Shown here: positions 11,040-21,590 of the stretch, in pieces
How the letters are laid out: every line of letters begins with the position of its first letter
Position numbering within the stretch: position 1 is the stretch's first letter
From: an uncultured archaeon
GTDB taxonomy: Archaea; Asgardarchaeota; Jordiarchaeia; Jordiarchaeales; Jordiarchaeaceae
Assembly (NCBI GenBank): GCA_964510585.1
Contig: CAZECW010000193.1
Coordinates: forward strand, 1,248 to 65,247
Length of the DNA stretch: 64,000 bases
Direction of reading: 5' to 3'
The notes under the pieces: model-generated
Database searches by the model: none
Told to the model about the DNA's origin: nothing
Seen by the model: only the letters and a program-made list of their open reading frames with translations
Made by a program: the position numbers and the translations under genes

Positions 11040-11816
11040 ATGAGTAAAGAAGTTAAATACACGATGGGTGAACTCCTAGCAGTAGCAGCTGCAAAGTTAC
11101 TTGAAGACAAAAAATCGGTTTTCGTGGGAACCGGCTTACCCATGATCGCATCCATGCTGGCCCAAAGAACACACGCACCCAACCTATTAATTATCTTTGA
11201 AGCGGGCGGCATTGGGCCACAAATACCAACCCTACCCATCTCAGTTGGTGACTCAAGAACGTTCCACAAGGCAGTGGGAGCATCCAGCATGCATGACGTT
11301 ATGTCCGCCTGCCAAGCGGGCTACATAGACTACGGCTTCTTGGGCGGAGCCCAAATAGACATGTATGGGAACCTAAACACCACCTGCATCGGAGACCACG
11401 ACCATCCAAAGGTAAGATTCCCGGGAAGCGGTGGAGCAAATGACATTGGTTCACTATCTCATAAAACTATTTACATTATGAGAAACCAAGCTCCTAGAAC
11501 CTTTGTGAAGAGGGTTGACTTCATAACAACTCCGGGTTACCTATCTGGGCCAGGAGCGCGAGAAAAAGCTGGGCTTCCAGAAGGCACGGGCCCCTACAGG
11601 GTAATAACGCAGCTGGGTATATACGACTTTGAAGAGAAGACTAAGAGGATGAGGCTAATATCCATACATCCCGGTGTCACACTAGAGCAGGTAAAGGAGA
11701 ACTGTAGCTTTGAGCTACTTATTGCGGACGACCTTCAAACAACACCAATACCCACAGAGAAGGAAATTAAAATACTACATGAGCTTGACCCACAAGGAGT
11801 ATCCATAGGCAAGTAG
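11040..11816 (+). CDS. Family I CoA-transferase, subunit B (GctB/AtoA-like)
   Basis: …SVFVGTGLPMIASMLA…IIFEAGGIGPQ… plus a C-terminal TTPGYLSGPGAREKAGLPEGTGPYRVIT region; operonic with subunit A. Confidence 0.8.
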   Translation: MSKEVKYTMGELLAVAAAKLLEDKKSVFVGTGLPMIASMLAQRTHAPNLLIIFEAGGIGPQIPTLPISVGDSRTFHKAVGASSMHDVMSACQAGYIDYGFLGGAQIDMYGNLNTTCIGDHDHPKVRFPGSGGANDIGSLSHKTIYIMRNQAPRTFVKRVDFITTPGYLSGPGAREKAGLPEGTGPYRVITQLGIYDFEEKTKRMRLISIHPGVTLEQVKENCSFELLIADDLQTTPIPTEKEIKILHELDPQGVSIGK

Positions 11817-11941
11817 CAGGTTGCACTGAAATCGTTTATTATTTCGCCATTCCCCATTTATTTTCTGCTTCTCTTTTTTAGGAAAGTTATAAAAGAGGTT
11901 TAGTATCACTAATTTTTTAATTTGAAATTTTCTGAAGATGT

Positions 11942-12733
11942 TTGAGGAGAGTGAAGATTATTCCCTACAAGTATATTATTGTTGAAAAAGAAAAGGATAT
12001 TGCCGTAATAACTATGAATCGCCCCGAAAAGCTAAACGCTTTAAACCTTGAATTGCAGGAGGAGTTAAAACACGCATTGGATACCCTCTACTTGGACAAT
12101 GAGGTGAAAGTTATTATACTAACTGGTGCAGGCAGAGCTTTTAGTGCTGGTGGAGATATTGGAACAATGAAGGAGGCTCACCAGTTAGATCCACTATTGC
12201 TGAGACAAGCTTTGTATCAATCTACGTCTGAAGTAACCAATAGAATTTGGAACTATGAGAAGCCTATTATAGCTGCGGTTAATGGGGTGGCGGCTGGAGG
12301 TGCTTGCAACTGGGCTTTAGCTTGTGACTTTGTTATAGCCTCTGAGAACGCAAGATTCGGCGAAGTTTTCATTCATGTTGGATTGGTCCCCGATGGTGGC
12401 GGAAGCTGGCTTCTTCCCAGGCTGGTGGGTTTGCAGAGAGCGAAGGAAATTATTATGATGGGGAAGATGGTGTCTGCTGAGGAGGCTGAGCGAATCGGAA
12501 TGGTGAACAAAGTTGTTCCAGAAAATGACTTGATGTCCACAGCTAAAGAGTATGCAAGGATACTAGCTTCTCTGCCATCGAGAACACTTGGGGCGGCTAA
12601 GAAAACCATTAATAAGGCTATGACCACAAGCCTTGGAGAAGCAATGGATTATGAAATGACTATGCAGGCAATATGTTTCCAAACAGAAGCTCACCGAGAA
12701 CGTGTAAAAGCCTTTTTAGAGAAGAAAAAGTAG
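11942..12733 (+). CDS. Enoyl-CoA hydratase/isomerase (crotonase)
   Basis: ITMNRPEKLNAL…ILTGAGRAFSAGGDI…AAVNGVAAGGACNWALACDFVIAS crotonase-fold signature. TTG/GTG start. Confidence 0.85.
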   Translation: MRRVKIIPYKYIIVEKEKDIAVITMNRPEKLNALNLELQEELKHALDTLYLDNEVKVIILTGAGRAFSAGGDIGTMKEAHQLDPLLLRQALYQSTSEVTNRIWNYEKPIIAAVNGVAAGGACNWALACDFVIASENARFGEVFIHVGLVPDGGGSWLLPRLVGLQRAKEIIMMGKMVSAEEAERIGMVNKVVPENDLMSTAKEYARILASLPSRTLGAAKKTINKAMTTSLGEAMDYEMTMQAICFQTEAHRERVKAFLEKKK

Positions 12734-12981
12734 CCATAGCTACTTCGCCCCTTCCATAAATTTTTCTAATAGGATAAGGATACGGTCATCTTCTTGGTGC
12801 AACTTGCCCCAAGAAACATGGTTAGGCTGACTTTTTAAGATTCAGAATTTGTTATTCTCCCTTTTTTAAATTTATTAAATTAACCACTTTATATTATATT
12901 CTTAATTGCTTTTTTGTTTAAACCATATCCTTAGGAAAAGATTAAATAATTTTTACACTCCTCCGTTTTCCAAAATTTATA

Positions 12982-13290
12982 ATGTTTGTAGAAAAACTTG
13001 ATTATCTAACTAGCCCCGGATATCTAGATGGAAGTGTAGGTGCGGGAGAGAAAGCAGTGTGGCCGGGTTCTGGTCCTGTACTAGTGATAACCAATTTTAC
13101 ACTGCTGTATTTTGACGTAAAAACCATGAGAATGAGGCTAAAATCGGTTCACACAGGGGTAACAGTTGACTAGGTGGTGGATGTTACAGGCTTTGAGTTG
13201 ATACTATCCAAGGAGAATAGGAGAAACTGAGCCGCCCACTACAGAGGAGTTGAGACTGCTAAGAGAGAAGATAGATCCCCATGGCAATTT
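12982..13290 (+). pseudogene. Decayed 3' fragment of a CoA-transferase subunit-B gene (partial duplicate of 11040..11816)
   Basis: Translation FVEKLDYLTSPGYLDGSVGAGEKAVWPGSGPVLVITNFTLLYFDVKTMRMRLKSVHTGVTVD* aligns residue-for-residue with the C-terminal ~100 aa of the intact subunit B (FVKRVDFITTPGYLSGPGAREKAGLPEGTGPYRVITQLGIYDFEEKTKRMRLISIHPGVTLEQ…). Homology continues after an in-frame stop and a frameshift (…PPTTEELRLLREKIDPHG vs PIPTEKEIKILHELDPQG). There is no N-terminal part. Confidence 0.6.
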
Positions 13291-13520
13291 TAAAGAAAAC
13301 ACTAAAAGAATAGAGGAACAGGCAGCCCGGAACTATTACTACAATTTTTTTACCCTAAAAAATATTTTTCATTTTTTGGTTTAAAAAAAGAAGTTTGCAC
13401 AGGCTTTTTAAACTGAAGGGGATAATTTAAAACCCGAATACTACCACAAGTTATAAATATATTTATTTGATACTCAGAGAATCACTCCAAAGAACAATTT
13501 TTTGATGGGATGCAATTAGA

Positions 13521-15392
13521 ATGAGGATTCTACTAATACATTCTGATGAGTTTTCCTACAGGGTAACCCAGAAAACGCCCATTGCTGAGAAATTGGAGGA
13601 CGAATCAGTCAAGCAGGGCTCCTCTGAAGACTGCTTGGTGGTTTTTTCAGCTGTTGAGAAGGGCGATGAACTTAACAAGAACTATGTTATCAACCAGACC
13701 GTTGAAGAAATAAAGAAGGTAGCAGACCAGGTGGGGGCCAAAAAAATAGTGGTTTACCCCTACGCCCACCTATCATCCAATCTTTCAGACCCCAAAACAG
13801 CCATAGAGATTCTTAAGGGCGTTGCCAAGAAGTTGGGGGAACAGTACTCAGTTATGCGCTCCCCATTCGGTTTCTACAAGGCCTTCAAGTTGAGCTGTAA
13901 GGGGCATCCTATGTCGGAACTCTCCCGCGAGATTCACCCACCTGAGAGGGAGGTTGAAGAAAAGGAGGCACCAAAAGAGGCACCCCGAAAAATCGCCAAG
14001 AGGTTTCTGGTGCTCACCCCCAACGGTGAGGAAATGGAACCCGGAGAATTTGTGAAAAATTGTGAGGACGACGAGTTCAAGACCCTTGTGGAAAAGGAGG
14101 CGTTGGGTAAGGAGAGCCCTGGTTCTGGTGAGGAACCAGAATTCATAGGCATAGTCAAGAGGTATAATATAAATTGGGAGGGCTTCTCTGATAGGGGACA
14201 TATGAAGTTTGGTCCCGAAGGCAACCTACTATTTGAACTCATAGCGGAGTACGCAGAGAGAATCGTCAGGGACTTTGGAATTCCGGTTTACTCTGTTAGG
14301 GGGACAAATATGTTTGATTTGGAAATGAAGCCGGTGAGAGAACATGCGGAACTCTACGGCGACCGCCTATATCAGCTGGAAGTGGAGGATAAGAAATTGG
14401 TTATGCGATACGCCGCTTGTCACCAGCAATTTTCCATGATTAAGGACTGGACGATTAGTTATCGCAACCTTCCCTTCGGAGCCTTCGAAGTGGCGGACAG
14501 TTATCGCATGGAGCAGAGCGGAGAACTATTGCTATGTTTCAGAACCAGAAAAATGCACATGCCCGACTTCCACGTAATATGCCGAGACGAGAAGGAAGCC
14601 CTAGAATGGTTTTACAAAATACACGAGAAAATCTATGAGGCCATGGAAGAGTTGGGACGAAACTATGAACTGCTCATAAATCTTACCTCAGAGGAGTTCT
14701 ACGAGAGAAACAAGGACTTCCTGCTCAAACTCGCCAAAACCCGCAAAAAGAATCTTCTATTATGCTTCTATCCTCCAGGAATAAACTACTACTGGTCAAT
14801 AAATAATGAGTACCACATAACCGACGAACTCAACAGGCCCAGAGAGATTGGCACTGTCCAGATAGATTTTGGAAACAGTAAAAGGTTCGGAATAAAATAC
14901 ACTGATGCTGATGGAAGCGAAAGGTTCCCCTTCATACTGCACACCGCCGTTATCGGCACAATTGAGAGATACCTATTTGCCCTTTTCGACACCGCAGTAA
15001 AAATGAAGAAGGAAGGCAAACCCCCCATGCTGCCAGTATGGGTCTCCCCCACTCAGCTAAGGATAGTTCCCGTCGCCGAGAGACACCTGAAATTCGCCGA
15101 AGAGCTGGCAAGCAAAATCAGAGGAATACGGGTGGACATTGATGATAGAAGTGAAACAGTGGCAAGAAGAATAAAACAAGCTGAGGAGGAGTGGATACCC
15201 TACATAGTAGTGGTGGGAGACAAAGAAGTGGAGGGAGAAAAACTCACAGTTCGAATCCGAGAAATCAGAAAAGAAGTCCAAATGACCCTCGAAGAACTTG
15301 TGAAAGAAATCCACAAAAAGATTGGCGACAAACCCTTCAAACCCCTAACTCTACCAATCCACGTTTCAAAAAGACCAATCTTTAACGTCTAA
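13521..15392 (+). CDS. thrS: Threonyl-tRNA synthetase, archaeal type, with fused N-terminal editing (DTD-like) domain
   Basis: N-terminus MRILLIHSDEFSYRV…LVVFSAVEKGDE matches the archaeal ThrRS editing domain. Class II catalytic core is present (…RYAACHQQFSMIKDW…FRTRKMHMPDFHVIC…). Confidence 0.9.
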   Translation: MRILLIHSDEFSYRVTQKTPIAEKLEDESVKQGSSEDCLVVFSAVEKGDELNKNYVINQTVEEIKKVADQVGAKKIVVYPYAHLSSNLSDPKTAIEILKGVAKKLGEQYSVMRSPFGFYKAFKLSCKGHPMSELSREIHPPEREVEEKEAPKEAPRKIAKRFLVLTPNGEEMEPGEFVKNCEDDEFKTLVEKEALGKESPGSGEEPEFIGIVKRYNINWEGFSDRGHMKFGPEGNLLFELIAEYAERIVRDFGIPVYSVRGTNMFDLEMKPVREHAELYGDRLYQLEVEDKKLVMRYAACHQQFSMIKDWTISYRNLPFGAFEVADSYRMEQSGELLLCFRTRKMHMPDFHVICRDEKEALEWFYKIHEKIYEAMEELGRNYELLINLTSEEFYERNKDFLLKLAKTRKKNLLLCFYPPGINYYWSINNEYHITDELNRPREIGTVQIDFGNSKRFGIKYTDADGSERFPFILHTAVIGTIERYLFALFDTAVKMKKEGKPPMLPVWVSPTQLRIVPVAERHLKFAEELASKIRGIRVDIDDRSETVARRIKQAEEEWIPYIVVVGDKEVEGEKLTVRIREIRKEVQMTLEELVKEIHKKIGDKPFKPLTLPIHVSKRPIFNV

Positions 15393-15623
15393 AATTTCCA
15401 CACACCAGAGCCGAAAAACTCCCAAATAATTAAAAAACTTTTATGTCCTATCTACCCCGAACCACACTTCAAATCAGTCCGCCCCAAATTGGAACAGAAC
15501 CCTACCCCCTCGCACCATTTATCCATTTATTTATTCAATTCTTAAAGTTCCGCTTCCCCATATTCAAAATATAAAATAAAAATTGGAGTAGGGCTTTTGT
15601 AAAAGAAAAAATTGTGGGTTCGG

Positions 15624-16037
15624 CTACTCTGTGGTTCGTCCGTCAAAATGTTCCTTACTCTCCATGGCGTCCTTTTTGGTGCGATGTACTATACCATCTT
15701 GGTGTTCGGGTGGAGAGTAAATCGTGTAAAGTTTGAGATTAGCGCTCTTGGAGGTATTTATGACGTTATGTTTTGCGCCCGCTGGAACTACGACCGCGCT
15801 CCCATCCTTTACGCGGTGTTCTACACCGTCAATTACTACTTTTCCTTCTCCTTCCTCAAATCGGAAGAATTGATCCACATCGTCATGTGTTTCTTCACCT
15901 ATCTCTTCGCCGGGCTTAAGGTTCATAAGCACAAGTTGACTGTGTTTACCAGTGTAGAGTACGCGTCGAAAATTGGTGTTCTTCTTGGTTTCTTTCTCAA
16001 TGGATACTACAAATCCCTTCAAACTCGTCGCCTCCAT
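15624..16037 (-). CDS. Cupin-domain protein
   Basis: …GEEIGEETHDDVDQFFRFEEGEGKVVIDGVEHRVKDGSAVVVPAGAKHNVIN… two-His/Glu cupin motif. The + ORF 15612..16043 is antisense. Confidence 0.65.
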   Translation of the reverse strand: MEATSLKGFVVSIEKETKKNTNFRRVLYTGKHSQLVLMNLKPGEEIGEETHDDVDQFFRFEEGEGKVVIDGVEHRVKDGSAVVVPAGAKHNVINTSKSANLKLYTIYSPPEHQDGIVHRTKKDAMESKEHFDGRTTE

Positions 16038-16357
16038 AAATGAAAAAGCTCATTTCGCTTATCAAGATTTCTTATCAATAAAGTGCTTATTGGTCTTGCT
16101 TCTTATAACTGGTACCCTTTTTTTGGCAAAGAAGGCGATTTAACAGTAAAACTTTAAAGGACGTTTTCAAAATCTTGGAGCACACTATTTTCGCGGTGGG
16201 AATTACGCTTTCTGGGTTAATTTTTTTAGTTGTATTTTCTTTTATAGTTTTGTTTTCGCCGTGCTGCTCGTATGGAAAATTTATTGTACGAACGAATTAT
16301 TTGGAAAAATATAATAATTTTGTAGGGTTAACCTTCAAAGAATAGGAAGGGTACAAT

Positions 16358-17578
16358 GTGAGATCTTTGAGGCTAAAAGATTTTTCCATCACTTCTGCTA
16401 GAGAAATCTTGGGTATTACATGTTTAAGTCTCTTTGTGGATTCCCTTGGTTACGGGATAGTGATTCCAATTCTTCCCACATATGTTTTGTCTCTGGGGGC
16501 CACAGATTACGATTTGGCACTTATTTTTTCCTCATTTGCCATGGTGCAGCTCTTCACTACCATACCTTTTGGCTTGTTTTCGGATAAGTATGGGCGAAAA
16601 GTGTTCATGGTTACGGGAATGCTTCTTCTTGGCATTTCTTTTATGTATTTTCCCTTCGCTCATAGTGTTCTTGCGCTTATTACTTGTAGGGTGGTGCAGG
16701 GCTTGGCCGCCTCTGCTACTTGGTCTTCTGCCCTGGCTCTGGTTGCCGATGCGTATCCTGGTGGTGATAAGGGTGAAAAGTTGGGTATTGCAAATGGGGC
16801 TGTGGGTTTGGGTAACATTGCTGGTCCATTGGTGGGGGGCGTTTTGGGTGATATTAATTTTGGTTTGCCCTTTTTAGTTATAGGTTCTATTGCTTTTTTC
16901 GCCTGTTTCTATATGGTTATGAGATTAAAGTTGGAAAGAGGCGAAGCTGTGGAGGCTCCTGTAGCTTTTCGTGAGATGTTGCGGGGGGCTATCCGAGTCA
17001 GGAATGTTTTGTTGGTGGTTTTCATCAACCTTTTGGTAGCTGTGTTTTTCGGCTTCATTGAGCCACTTTTGCCGCCCTACTTGGGTGGGAGGTTTAACAT
17101 GTCGGGTACGCAGATTGGTTTATTCTTTGGGGGCGCCTTTCTAACCTATGTAGTTTCTCAGCCCTTTGTAGGAAGATTGTCGGATAGGTATGGGAGAAAG
17201 ATGTTTATTGTGAGTGGGTTAATTGCTCTTTGTATCACAAATGTGGTGATTCCCTATCTCTCTGATGTGTGGACTCTCTTTGCACTGCTTGTTGTTATGG
17301 GGGTTTTTTGGAGTTTAGCGTATACGCCGCTTATGCCTCTTGCTGTGGATTCTTTGAGGAGCAAAAATAGGGAAACTTTTGGGACAATGTCTGGATTCTT
17401 CAATATTGCCTGGAACTCGGGATACAGCATAGGTCCCATAATAGGGGCTCTGGTAACCTCCTATTTTGGTTTTGAATCAATATTCTGGTTTTTCAGCGGG
17501 TTGCTTGTGGTGATGATAATTGTTTCCCAAACCTTGATAGCTGAGAAGAGGGTGTTTGTCGCGAAGGCGACTAATTAA
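16358..17578 (+). CDS. MFS transporter (DHA1-like), paralogue 1
   Basis: 12-TM hydrophobic profile. Motif A-like GLFSDKYGRK and repeated GRLSDRYGRK. Confidence 0.8.
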   Translation: MRSLRLKDFSITSAREILGITCLSLFVDSLGYGIVIPILPTYVLSLGATDYDLALIFSSFAMVQLFTTIPFGLFSDKYGRKVFMVTGMLLLGISFMYFPFAHSVLALITCRVVQGLAASATWSSALALVADAYPGGDKGEKLGIANGAVGLGNIAGPLVGGVLGDINFGLPFLVIGSIAFFACFYMVMRLKLERGEAVEAPVAFREMLRGAIRVRNVLLVVFINLLVAVFFGFIEPLLPPYLGGRFNMSGTQIGLFFGGAFLTYVVSQPFVGRLSDRYGRKMFIVSGLIALCITNVVIPYLSDVWTLFALLVVMGVFWSLAYTPLMPLAVDSLRSKNRETFGTMSGFFNIAWNSGYSIGPIIGALVTSYFGFESIFWFFSGLLVVMIIVSQTLIAEKRVFVAKATN

Positions 17579-17727
17579 AAATTTTTTTATGAATAATAAC
17601 AAATAAATTTAAATAAATAGCCAAAAATTTCTTATTTTTTAAGTCTGAGAAATCGGTTAGCCTTAAAAATTCTCCAGCCATTTTCTTTCTGGAGAAGACC
17701 AAAGAGCCGAGAAGGGGGCGTTAAAAT

Positions 17728-19008
17728 ATGCAGAGACATTTTAAGAAGATGCCCCGCTCAACCGAAATACTCATAATGGTTTGTACCAGTGCATTTACTG
17801 ACTCATTGGGATACGGGATAATAATTCCGTTCCTCCCACAGTACGCCATGTCCCTTGGCGCGTCTGACCTAGATGTGGGCATTATCTTCGCCACCTACGC
17901 ACTGGTACAGTTAGTGACCACCATACCATTCGGTTTGCTATCTGATCGCTATGGTAGAAGACCCTTCATGATTTCGGGAATGCTCCTTCTCGGCATAGCT
18001 TCACTATTATTCCCCCTAGCCCAAACCGTGCACCTGATGATATTATGTAGAGCAATACAGGGTTTGGCGGCTGCGGCGACCTGGTCTTCAGCAGTAGCAT
18101 TAGTGGCAGACACATTTCCGGGAAACGATAAGGGAACAAAACTCGGAATAATGGCGGGAGTAACCAATATGGGAGGCATTGCAGGACCCTTACTGGGAGG
18201 AGCCCTATCCGATGTGAATTTCAACATACCATTTCTATTAATTGCCGCTCTATCAATATTTATGTTCGCCTACATGTTCTTCCGACTAAAACTGCCCCCC
18301 AGAGAAAATAAGGCGGGGGAAATTTCGTACATGACGATGATAAGAGGCGCCCTGAGAATCAGAAACGTTGTTATAATCATACTCATTAACGCGTTGACAA
18401 TGATTTTCTGGGGCTTCGTAGAACCCTTAATGCCCCCGTACCTCTCTGGTAGATTTTCACTGTCAAGTACCCAGATTGGCATCATTTTTGGTGCCATGTC
18501 TCTCATCTATGCCTCAATTCAACCATTAGTGGGCAGACTAACTGACAAGTATGGACAGAAAAGATTCATAATAGCGGGAATGGCCCTCCAAGCATCCATA
18601 GGTTTAATCATACCACTATGCAGTGATGTGGTAAGCTTAGCCGTTTGCCTGGTGCTAATCGCCGCGGTGGGTGCCATAGCTTGGACACCATTAACACCCC
18701 TATATGTAGAATCTCTCCAAGATGGAAACATGGAAGCCTACGCAACAGTTGGCTCTCTCTTTGGCACCGCATACTACATAGGATACATTATTGGGCCGGT
18801 AATTGGAACTCTGGTAAGTTCCCATTTCGGATTTGGAGCAGTCTTCATCTTTAACAGCATAATACTATTAGCCCTAGTTCTCTTATCAGGATTATATATT
18901 AAAGACGGAAAAAGGGCAGAGGCAAAAACGCAAGTAATGGAGTCGAAAATTTCCAGACAAAGAATCATAAACCGCAAAAAACCTCAGGAGCTAACAATAA
19001 GAGCTTAG
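17728..19008 (+). CDS. MFS transporter, paralogue 2
   Basis: Estimated ~75% aa identity to paralogue 3 and ~55% to paralogue 1. GLLSDRYGRRP and GRLTDKYGQKR motifs. The start may be the internal M (MPRSTEIL… or MVC…). Confidence 0.8.
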   Translation: MQRHFKKMPRSTEILIMVCTSAFTDSLGYGIIIPFLPQYAMSLGASDLDVGIIFATYALVQLVTTIPFGLLSDRYGRRPFMISGMLLLGIASLLFPLAQTVHLMILCRAIQGLAAAATWSSAVALVADTFPGNDKGTKLGIMAGVTNMGGIAGPLLGGALSDVNFNIPFLLIAALSIFMFAYMFFRLKLPPRENKAGEISYMTMIRGALRIRNVVIIILINALTMIFWGFVEPLMPPYLSGRFSLSSTQIGIIFGAMSLIYASIQPLVGRLTDKYGQKRFIIAGMALQASIGLIIPLCSDVVSLAVCLVLIAAVGAIAWTPLTPLYVESLQDGNMEAYATVGSLFGTAYYIGYIIGPVIGTLVSSHFGFGAVFIFNSIILLALVLLSGLYIKDGKRAEAKTQVMESKISRQRIINRKKPQELTIRA

Positions 19009-19386
19009 ACCTACTGAACATAAGATTGGTTTCACTTATCCCCACAATTAAAATTGTTCCGCCACTATTTACTTTCCTCACCTTCCCTTTTTATGGCCTG
19101 GAGCCGCTGTACATTTGCCATCTCCAGCAACTTGGGGAAAACTAAACCAACCCCAATTTAACTCATTCAAATTAGTGGAATTCTCTCTAATACCGTAACC
19201 TATTTTCAATTAATACAGGCAAGGGTTCAATAAATAGTTGGTGTGACTTATTTCTTCCCATTACAGGTTAGAATGTCACAAGCCACACTATTTTTTCAAT
19301 CATTATTGAGATTTCTTCTTTTATCATTTTTGAAAAGTTAAGCTTAAAAATTTAAGAGCTACTGGTTTTTTGAAAAATGGAATTAA

Positions 19387-20631
19387 TTGTGGGACCTGAT
19401 TTTTTTGCGGTTATCACTAGCCAGGCCTAAACCACCTATTGAAATATTAATCATGGTTTGCCTAAGTGCATTCATAGACTCCTTAGGCTACGGGATAGTG
19501 GTTCCTTTTCTTCCCCAGTATGCTTTGTCACTGGGAGCCTCGGATTTAGATTTGGGTATTATTTTTTCCTCCTATGCCCTGGTGCAGCTGGTGACATCTG
19601 TTCCTTTTGGGCTGATGTCTGACCGTTATGGCAGAAGATGGTTTATGATTAGCGGAATGCTTCTTCTGGGTGTGGCTTCTCTTGTTTATCCTTTGGCGCA
19701 AAGTGTGCTTATGATATCAGCATGTAGAGCTATACAAGGTTTGGCGGCTTCTGCTACCTGGTCTTCTGCCATAGCATTAGTGGCTGACACGTTCCCAGGG
19801 AGGGATAAGGGGGAAAAGTTAGGAATCGCGACTGGAGTATCCGGTATGGGAGGCATTGTGGGCCCCATGGTGGGGGGCGCCTTATCTGACATAAATTTTA
19901 TTTATCCCTTCCTCCTTATAGCTGTCCTTTCTTTGGCTATGTTCACCTACATGTTTTTCAGATTGAAAATTTCCAGAAAAGAAAAATTAGTTGAAGCTCC
20001 ACCCTATGTGGAAACCATTAAAAAGGCTCTTGGAATCAGAAACATTCTCATAATAATAGTTATCAATGTTTTAACCACAATTTTCTGGGGATTCATTGAG
20101 CCCTTAATGCCCCCATACCTTTCTGGACGTTTTTCGCTCTCCGCTACACAAATAGGTTTAATTTTCGGCGTGGCTTCTCTGAGCTACGCGGTCTGCCAAC
20201 CATTTGTGGGCAGACTATCTGATAGATACGGAAGAAAGATTTTTATTGTAACAGGTATGGCTCTACTTGCAGCTGTGAATCTAATTATCCCATTTTGTGT
20301 AGACCCAGTAAGTTTAACAATAGTTATAATGACCACCGCATCCATCGGAGCCTTGGCCTTTACTCCCTTGACTCCCCTGGCCATAGAGTCGCTTCAAGAC
20401 CAAAATATTGAAGCCTATGCTACAGTGAACTCGCTGTTTGGTATCGCTTTCTATATAGGTTATAGCGCTGGCCCGGTGATTGGAGCTTTAATCAGTTCAT
20501 ATTTTGGATTCGAATCAATGTTCTTCTTCTACAGCATAATACTGTTAACAGTTCTCATCGTATCCCAGGCCAAATTAAAAGAAATAATGAAAAAAGAGGA
20601 AAAAGCAGTGATAAGAAGCACAAAAAAATAA
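19387..20631 (+). CDS. MFS transporter, paralogue 3
   Basis: GLMSDRYGRRW and GRLSDRYGRKI motifs. Nucleotide similarity to paralogue 2 extends into the 5' end (…gaaatattaatcATGGTTTG…). The start is possibly the internal ATG at ~19453. Confidence 0.8.
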   Translation: MWDLIFLRLSLARPKPPIEILIMVCLSAFIDSLGYGIVVPFLPQYALSLGASDLDLGIIFSSYALVQLVTSVPFGLMSDRYGRRWFMISGMLLLGVASLVYPLAQSVLMISACRAIQGLAASATWSSAIALVADTFPGRDKGEKLGIATGVSGMGGIVGPMVGGALSDINFIYPFLLIAVLSLAMFTYMFFRLKISRKEKLVEAPPYVETIKKALGIRNILIIIVINVLTTIFWGFIEPLMPPYLSGRFSLSATQIGLIFGVASLSYAVCQPFVGRLSDRYGRKIFIVTGMALLAAVNLIIPFCVDPVSLTIVIMTTASIGALAFTPLTPLAIESLQDQNIEAYATVNSLFGIAFYIGYSAGPVIGALISSYFGFESMFFFYSIILLTVLIVSQAKLKEIMKKEEKAVIRSTKK

Positions 20632-20843
20632 CCTAAAACTTCCAATAAATCTCATTTTTCGCACTCTGGTTTATTTTATTCCAGTTTTGACGGAATTAAT
20701 TAGATACTGGAATTCTATTCTTCAATGAATATTTTTTGAGAGCTTAAAATCTCTGCAAGAGAAATGGGCAGAACTCGGGAAAAAAGAAGAATGCAAAAAC
20801 TTAATGATGCGGAATGTGGGTTAAAATCCTAATTTTAAACTTT

Positions 20844-21590
20844 TTATAACTCTATTTCTAATTCTTTTATTCCATCCATGAAAATCAGTCTATCTTCTGC
20901 CTTGTAATCTTTAACATATTTTAAGGGCTGGGTGAGTTTGCCTATTTGTTGCAGTGTGTGTGCATCGGATCCAAGTGAGAGCTTAATTTCTTCTACCTCA
21001 AGTATCCTTTCGAATCCTTCCATCTTGTAGTTCTGATATGTGGAATTGAGTTCCACAAACAGGTCTGCATCCACAATTATTTTAATCGCTTCCTCCAATT
21101 CTTCCTGTGGCAGTATGTGAAGGTAAGCGTGGGCCAGCCCCACTAAACAATCCTTGGGAAGCCGCTTCTTAAATTCCCTTATACGATGCAAAAGCACTAA
21201 CGGCAACCTATTATTCTTGTAAGGCAAAGAATTTGCACCCGCACCAAAATTGTCCGTCACATACTCAAAAAGATAATAATCAAATTTTTGGGATGTGAGT
21301 ACTCTACTCTCCCTTGGCGAATCGAAAACACAAGCCCTAGTGTCTATTTCTATACCCTTCTTTAAAACAATTTTATCCCAATAAGCTTCACAGAGAGTTT
21401 TTAATTCTTGGAAGTATCCAGTCATATTTCCCATAATTTGGGAGCACTTCACAGTGTTGTGAGAATAGTGGTCTGTGACTCCCACCGCCTTTAAACCCTT
21501 ACGAACACAGTAATTGAGTATACTCTCAATGCTGGAGTAGCCATCAGACCAAGTTGAATGGATGTGATAATCAGTGGTAACCAACTTCAA
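20844..21590 (-). CDS. PHP-domain metal-dependent phosphoesterase
   Basis: N-terminal DYHIHSTWSDG…VGVTDH motif of the PHP/histidinol-phosphatase superfamily. Confidence 0.7.
   Translation of the reverse strand: MKLVTTDYHIHSTWSDGYSSIESILNYCVRKGLKAVGVTDHYSHNTVKCSQIMGNMTGYFQELKTLCEAYWDKIVLKKGIEIDTRACVFDSPRESRVLTSQKFDYYLFEYVTDNFGAGANSLPYKNNRLPLVLLHRIREFKKRLPKDCLVGLAHAYLHILPQEELEEAIKIIVDADLFVELNSTYQNYKMEGFERILEVEEIKLSLGSDAHTLQQIGKLTQPLKYVKDYKAEDRLIFMDGIKELEIEL

Noticed and set aside
13848-14242. Two minus-strand ORFs (117 and 102 aa)
   Set aside because: Fully embedded antisense in thrS.
13521-15392. Possibility that ThrRS is split (separate editing and catalytic genes, as in some Crenarchaeota)
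   Set aside because: A single uninterrupted 623-aa frame contains both the DTD-like editing domain and the class II core plus the anticodon-binding region.
15612-16043. 143-aa + strand ORF overlapping the cupin gene
   Set aside because: The opposite strand encodes a recognisable cupin-fold protein. The + ORF has no motifs and mirrors the same codon positions.
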